Shown piece after piece: positions 24,215-27,946 of a DNA stretch of 27,946 nt. The notes under the pieces are model-generated. The model was not told the DNA's origin. It did not search any database and saw only the letters and a program-made list of their open reading frames with translations. Position 1 is the stretch's first letter. Every line of letters begins with the position of its first letter. Both the position numbers and the translations under genes were made by a program. Origin of the DNA: a virus (Duplodnaviria > Caudoviricetes); IMG/VR virus record IMGVR_UViG_3300023184_000430, positions 1 to 27,946 of that record. One strand, given 5' to 3'.

Positions 24215-25189
24215 ATGATTAGTAAGTTCGAAACTCCTGATAAATGGGACAGTTGCACAGATGCTAGGGATGATCCAGCGTCGGGAATATATCCTAATTA
24301 TTGGACACATAAAACACGATCTGGTCATTGCCTCACAATGGACGATTCTAAGGGTGGAGAGCATATAACGATGCAGCATCGTGGCGGCTCTATGATTCAA
24401 TTTAAGCCTGATGGCTGCGTTCAATTTGTGTCGCATAATGGACAGTATAATATGGTATTTGGTGAAAATAGAGTCAAAATTACAGGAGCTTATGATATTA
24501 CTGTTGATGGTGGAGGAAGCCTTAGAGTAGAAAAAGATTACAATCTTACCGTTGGTGGTAATATGAATACGAAGATAGAAGGCGATTATAATATAACGTC
24601 CGAAAATTATAATGCTACTATTCGTCAAAATGTAACAATTGCAGGTAAAAATATAACAGCCAGAGCAGGTGAAAATGTGAACATTGATGCTACTGGTGGA
24701 AGTCTGTCAATGGCAGGAAAAACTGATGCAAGACTTACAACAGGCGGATCATTATCTTTAGCGGGATCAAAAAGTACAGGATTATCGTCTGATATAGGTA
24801 TGGTGTTTATATCTGGCCAGACAGGAGTTCATACAACTGCATTGGCAGGTCAAGTAAATAGTATGGGAACGCTAGGCGTCAATATTAGTACGCCTGGAAT
24901 ATTAGCTATGGGATCCGCCACGCTAATGTCATTTCTTGCTGGAGGTGCTATTATGCAATCGGCTGGAACATTTATTTCAGCATTAGCGGGCGCCGCGTAC
25001 ACTGTTTCAGCGGGAGCAATGGCTTCTATTAAAGGAGCAACTGTTGCTATTGATGGTACACCTATTTCAACAAATATGGGACTATCTCCTGTCGCCGCCC
25101 CGGCACCGCCAGCACTACCTGCTTTGCCAATTGTCGCTCATGTTACCACACCGGCTGTTCCTTCTTCTTCTATAAGAGGTCCTCGTTAA
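24215..25189 (+). CDS. gp5 C-terminal part (spike, beta-helix), without OB or lysozyme domain
   Basis: YPNY..KTRSGH..MDDSKGGEHI..HRGGS..PDG then VxG octapeptide-type repeats. Confidence 0.8.
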   Translation: MISKFETPDKWDSCTDARDDPASGIYPNYWTHKTRSGHCLTMDDSKGGEHITMQHRGGSMIQFKPDGCVQFVSHNGQYNMVFGENRVKITGAYDITVDGGGSLRVEKDYNLTVGGNMNTKIEGDYNITSENYNATIRQNVTIAGKNITARAGENVNIDATGGSLSMAGKTDARLTTGGSLSLAGSKSTGLSSDIGMVFISGQTGVHTTALAGQVNSMGTLGVNISTPGILAMGSATLMSFLAGGAIMQSAGTFISALAGAAYTVSAGAMASIKGATVAIDGTPISTNMGLSPVAAPAPPALPALPIVAHVTTPAVPSSSIRGPR

Positions 25190-25197
25190 GGATATAA

Positions 25198-25205
25198 TAT
25201 AAATA
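25198..25205 (+). promoter_or_regulatory. T4-type late promoter, 5 nt before the gp25 ATG
   Basis: Exact TATAAATA. Confidence 0.7.
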
Positions 25206-25210
25206 CAATT

Positions 25211-25609
25211 ATGGCACAAATAGCAAGACACCCAGATTATAGCGATCTAGATTTAGATTTTATACCGCATCCTACAACAAAGGATGTAGTTAAAAAGATT
25301 GGGCCCGATGCTATAAAAAGATCAGTCCGAAATCTAATATTCACAAATTATTATGATAAACTGTTTAGGCCTGGAATAGGATCCAGTGTAAACAGTTTAT
25401 TATTTGAAAATAGTTATCCTCTTATAGCTAATTTCATAAGCAATGCTATTACAGAAGTATTACATAATTATGAACCAAGAATAAGTGTGGATAGTGTTAA
25501 CGTATCTGTGTCTAATGATAGTAATGGATTCAATGTAGCTATACGATACACAATATTAAATAAAAGTTTGCCTGTATTAATCAATCTATTTTTAGAGAGA
25601 ATCCGATAA
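25211..25609 (+). CDS. 25: Baseplate wedge subunit gp25
   Basis: YSDLDLDF..HP..D..AIKRSVRNL..F.PGIGS..LFE..YEPR..LER. Confidence 0.94.
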   Translation: MAQIARHPDYSDLDLDFIPHPTTKDVVKKIGPDAIKRSVRNLIFTNYYDKLFRPGIGSSVNSLLFENSYPLIANFISNAITEVLHNYEPRISVDSVNVSVSNDSNGFNVAIRYTILNKSLPVLINLFLERIR

Positions 25610-25610
25610 A

Positions 25611-27692
25611 ATGACCACATCCAATACTGCTCTTAGAATAACAGAGCTTGATTTTGATAGCATCAAAAATAACCTCAAGAATTTTCTAAGAAGCCAGAAT
25701 CAATTTCAAGACTTTGACTTTGAAGGCAGTGGTATGTCGATCCTTCTTGATGTTCTAGCCTATAATACACATTATATGGGATATTATCTCAATGTCATTG
25801 GCAATGAAATGTTTCTTGATACAGCACAGTTAAGATCATCAGTATTATCACATGCCAAGAATCTGAATTATGTACCTCAGAGTCAAAAAGGCGCACTTGT
25901 TAATGCAAATATAAAAGTAACACCAACATATATTGAAGATCAAACGACAAATGTTATAACACTTGAAAAATATACTAAATTCCTTGGTCAAGACTTAGAT
26001 GGAATAAACTATCAATTTGTCACTTGGAATGCAAACACAGCAACTAAAATAGATAGTGCATTCACTTTCAGCAATACTCAATTGAGACAGGGTGAAGTCA
26101 CTACTCTCCAGTTTGTTATGGATCCAACAAATACTACACGAAGATTTAAAATTCCTACTGCAAATCTAGATACAGATACATTGACGATTACTGTTCAAGA
26201 ATCATCAACAAATACATCAACTATTGAATATAAGATAGCAGAAGACATTACAGAATTAAAAAGCAATACTGCTGCATATTTTCTAGAAGAAGCCGAAGAT
26301 TTGACATATACAATTTATTTTGGTGATGATGTTATAGGTAAAAAGCCTAAGAATGGGAATATCATTATTTGTAACTATCTTGATACAGTAGGTTCGATAG
26401 CAAACAATATTTCTAAGTTTTATTTGTCTGATACTATCGCTGGATTATATAAAAATAATGTTAGTATTACGGCTGCAAATTCATCTTATGGCGGAACAGA
26501 TAAAGAAACTATCAATCAGGTCAAGCATAGAGCACCATATTTCTATACAACACAGAATCGTGCAGTAACAATAAGAGATTATGAAACAATTCTAACCAAA
26601 GATTATAACAATATCGACTCAGTTACCGTATGGGGTGGAGAAGACAATCTTCCTATCGTTTATGGTAAAGTGTTTATGTCGCTCAAAACAAAAGGCAACT
26701 ATAAACTAACTAATTATGAAAAAGATCAAATTAAGACTAGTCTTATTAAAAGACGGAATGTGATGACAGTATCTCCAGAAATCGTCGATCCTGATTACAC
26801 ATATATTCTAATAAAAGGCCAAGTCAACTATAACAGCACATTAACATCCCTATCCTCAAATGAAATATTGACTTATGTTAAAGCTTCGATATCCGACTAT
26901 ATAGATGCTGAATTAAATAAATTTACAGCATCGTTTAGAAAATCTAAGCTTCAAACTTATATCGAAAATTCTGAAAAGTCTATTACAGGCAGTGATCTGA
27001 CTATCTATGTTCAGAAGCGAGTGCCTTTGACAATAAGAAATAGTGCATATGATATCAATTTTAATCTACCTCTGCAAAAGAGCGATTATAATAATAGACT
27101 ATACACAACACCTGAAATCCAAACTTTTGATGTTAATGGAACTTCAAGAAATATATTCTTCGAAGAAACTCCTCGATCAGCAACTGGTATCGATGCGGTC
27201 ACTGTATTGAATAGTGGAATCAATTATTATAGTGAACCCACGATAACTATTACAGGTGATGGTACTGGAGCTACAGCAAAAGCTATTTTGAGTAATGGTA
27301 TTATTTCTAAAATTTCTGTCACTAACAGAGGTATCAACTACACTTATGCTAATATTACAATTACTCCTAATGGATCCGGATCAGGTGCAACAGCTATTAC
27401 ACGATTAGAAGCAAAAGTTGGTACAATTAGATCATATTATTTCAAATCTGACGGGACAAAAGTGATATTGAATACAGATGCTGGAACTATTGATTATGAA
27501 ACAGGAGCCCTATATCTAAATTCGTTTGTGTCATCAACTGGTACTCCAGTAAATCGGTATTATGATACGGATGTGTTCACTGTCAATATTCCTTCAGAAA
27601 AAGACATCATATTACCTCTCCGAAATCGGATATTGACTATAGATGAAAATGATCCATTGGCTATTCAAATAACAATGTATGCTGAACAATAA
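25611..27692 (+). CDS. 6: Baseplate wedge subunit gp6
   Basis: ELDFDSIK..DFDFEGS..LAYNTHY..EMFLDTAQLRSSVLSHAK, QNRAVT..DY, WGGED..YGKV. Confidence 0.96.
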   Translation: MTTSNTALRITELDFDSIKNNLKNFLRSQNQFQDFDFEGSGMSILLDVLAYNTHYMGYYLNVIGNEMFLDTAQLRSSVLSHAKNLNYVPQSQKGALVNANIKVTPTYIEDQTTNVITLEKYTKFLGQDLDGINYQFVTWNANTATKIDSAFTFSNTQLRQGEVTTLQFVMDPTNTTRRFKIPTANLDTDTLTITVQESSTNTSTIEYKIAEDITELKSNTAAYFLEEAEDLTYTIYFGDDVIGKKPKNGNIIICNYLDTVGSIANNISKFYLSDTIAGLYKNNVSITAANSSYGGTDKETINQVKHRAPYFYTTQNRAVTIRDYETILTKDYNNIDSVTVWGGEDNLPIVYGKVFMSLKTKGNYKLTNYEKDQIKTSLIKRRNVMTVSPEIVDPDYTYILIKGQVNYNSTLTSLSSNEILTYVKASISDYIDAELNKFTASFRKSKLQTYIENSEKSITGSDLTIYVQKRVPLTIRNSAYDINFNLPLQKSDYNNRLYTTPEIQTFDVNGTSRNIFFEETPRSATGIDAVTVLNSGINYYSEPTITITGDGTGATAKAILSNGIISKISVTNRGINYTYANITITPNGSGSGATAITRLEAKVGTIRSYYFKSDGTKVILNTDAGTIDYETGALYLNSFVSSTGTPVNRYYDTDVFTVNIPSEKDIILPLRNRILTIDENDPLAIQITMYAEQ

Positions 27693-27946
27693 TGACAACT
27701 AATAATAAGATATCTAATTTAGTATCATCGCAAGTTCCTGGGTTCGTTCGGGCTGATCATCCAAACTTCATCAAATTCATTGAAGCATATTATCAATGGA
27801 CGGAACAGAACGGCGAAACTGTCGAGCGGATCAAGAATATTAAGAGTCAGATCGACATTGATACATCAGTTGATATCTTTACGGAAGAATTATACAAAAC
27901 TTTTCTGAATCTCATGCCTATCACTAGTATTATTACTGATAAGGCA
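27692..27946 (+). CDS. Baseplate wedge initiator gp7-like, 3'-truncated
   Basis: MTTNNKISNLVSSQVPGFVRADHPNFIKFIEAYYQW; follows gp6 with TAATG overlap. Confidence 0.8.
   Translation, partial: MTTNNKISNLVSSQVPGFVRADHPNFIKFIEAYYQWTEQNGETVERIKNIKSQIDIDTSVDIFTEELYKTFLNLMPITSIITDKA

Noticed and set aside
24145-24215. Programmed frameshift or readthrough fusing the two gp5-like ORFs
   Set aside because: An in-frame TAA at 24206-24208 lies just upstream of the second ATG, and the second gene has its own SD (AAAGGA)
27195-27410. GxGATA repeat insert in gp6 as a novelty
   Set aside because: Such modules are common in baseplate proteins of large T4-like phages

Overview
This is a fragment of a large T4-like (myovirus-type) phage genome. 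The host is most likely an alphaproteobacterium, inferred from a permuted two-piece tmRNA gene and CTTGAC-type sigma70 promoters. The left ~12 kb is an accessory/early region: RNase H, SprT-like protease, small GIY-YIG nuclease, DenV-like protein, secreted CHAP-like protein, PhoH, PD-(D/E)xK nuclease, muramidase, tmRNA and a 2OG-Fe(II) oxygenase. It is followed by core T4-like gp33, gp59 and gp32, a minus-strand block (hub/tape-measure-like hydrolase, gp51, gp26, gp54-like, gp2, gp4) and a plus-strand baseplate block (gp48, gp53, hub-like, split gp5-like pair, gp25, gp6, start of gp7). The most striking element is a family of at least nine short genes at three loci (1-730, 1369-1751, 4955-5310). 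They are built from a 12-bp unit, NNN-NNT-CAA-GTC, encoding x-x-Gln-Val. The QV core is almost invariant, while the two variable residues are drawn from a shared vocabulary and shuffled into a different order in every gene. The genes have conserved heads and tails, are chained by ATGA overlaps and mostly carry 11-13 units. This looks like a combinatorially diversified small-protein system of unknown function. All gene names come from motif recognition and synteny, not database searches; all counts are by hand.
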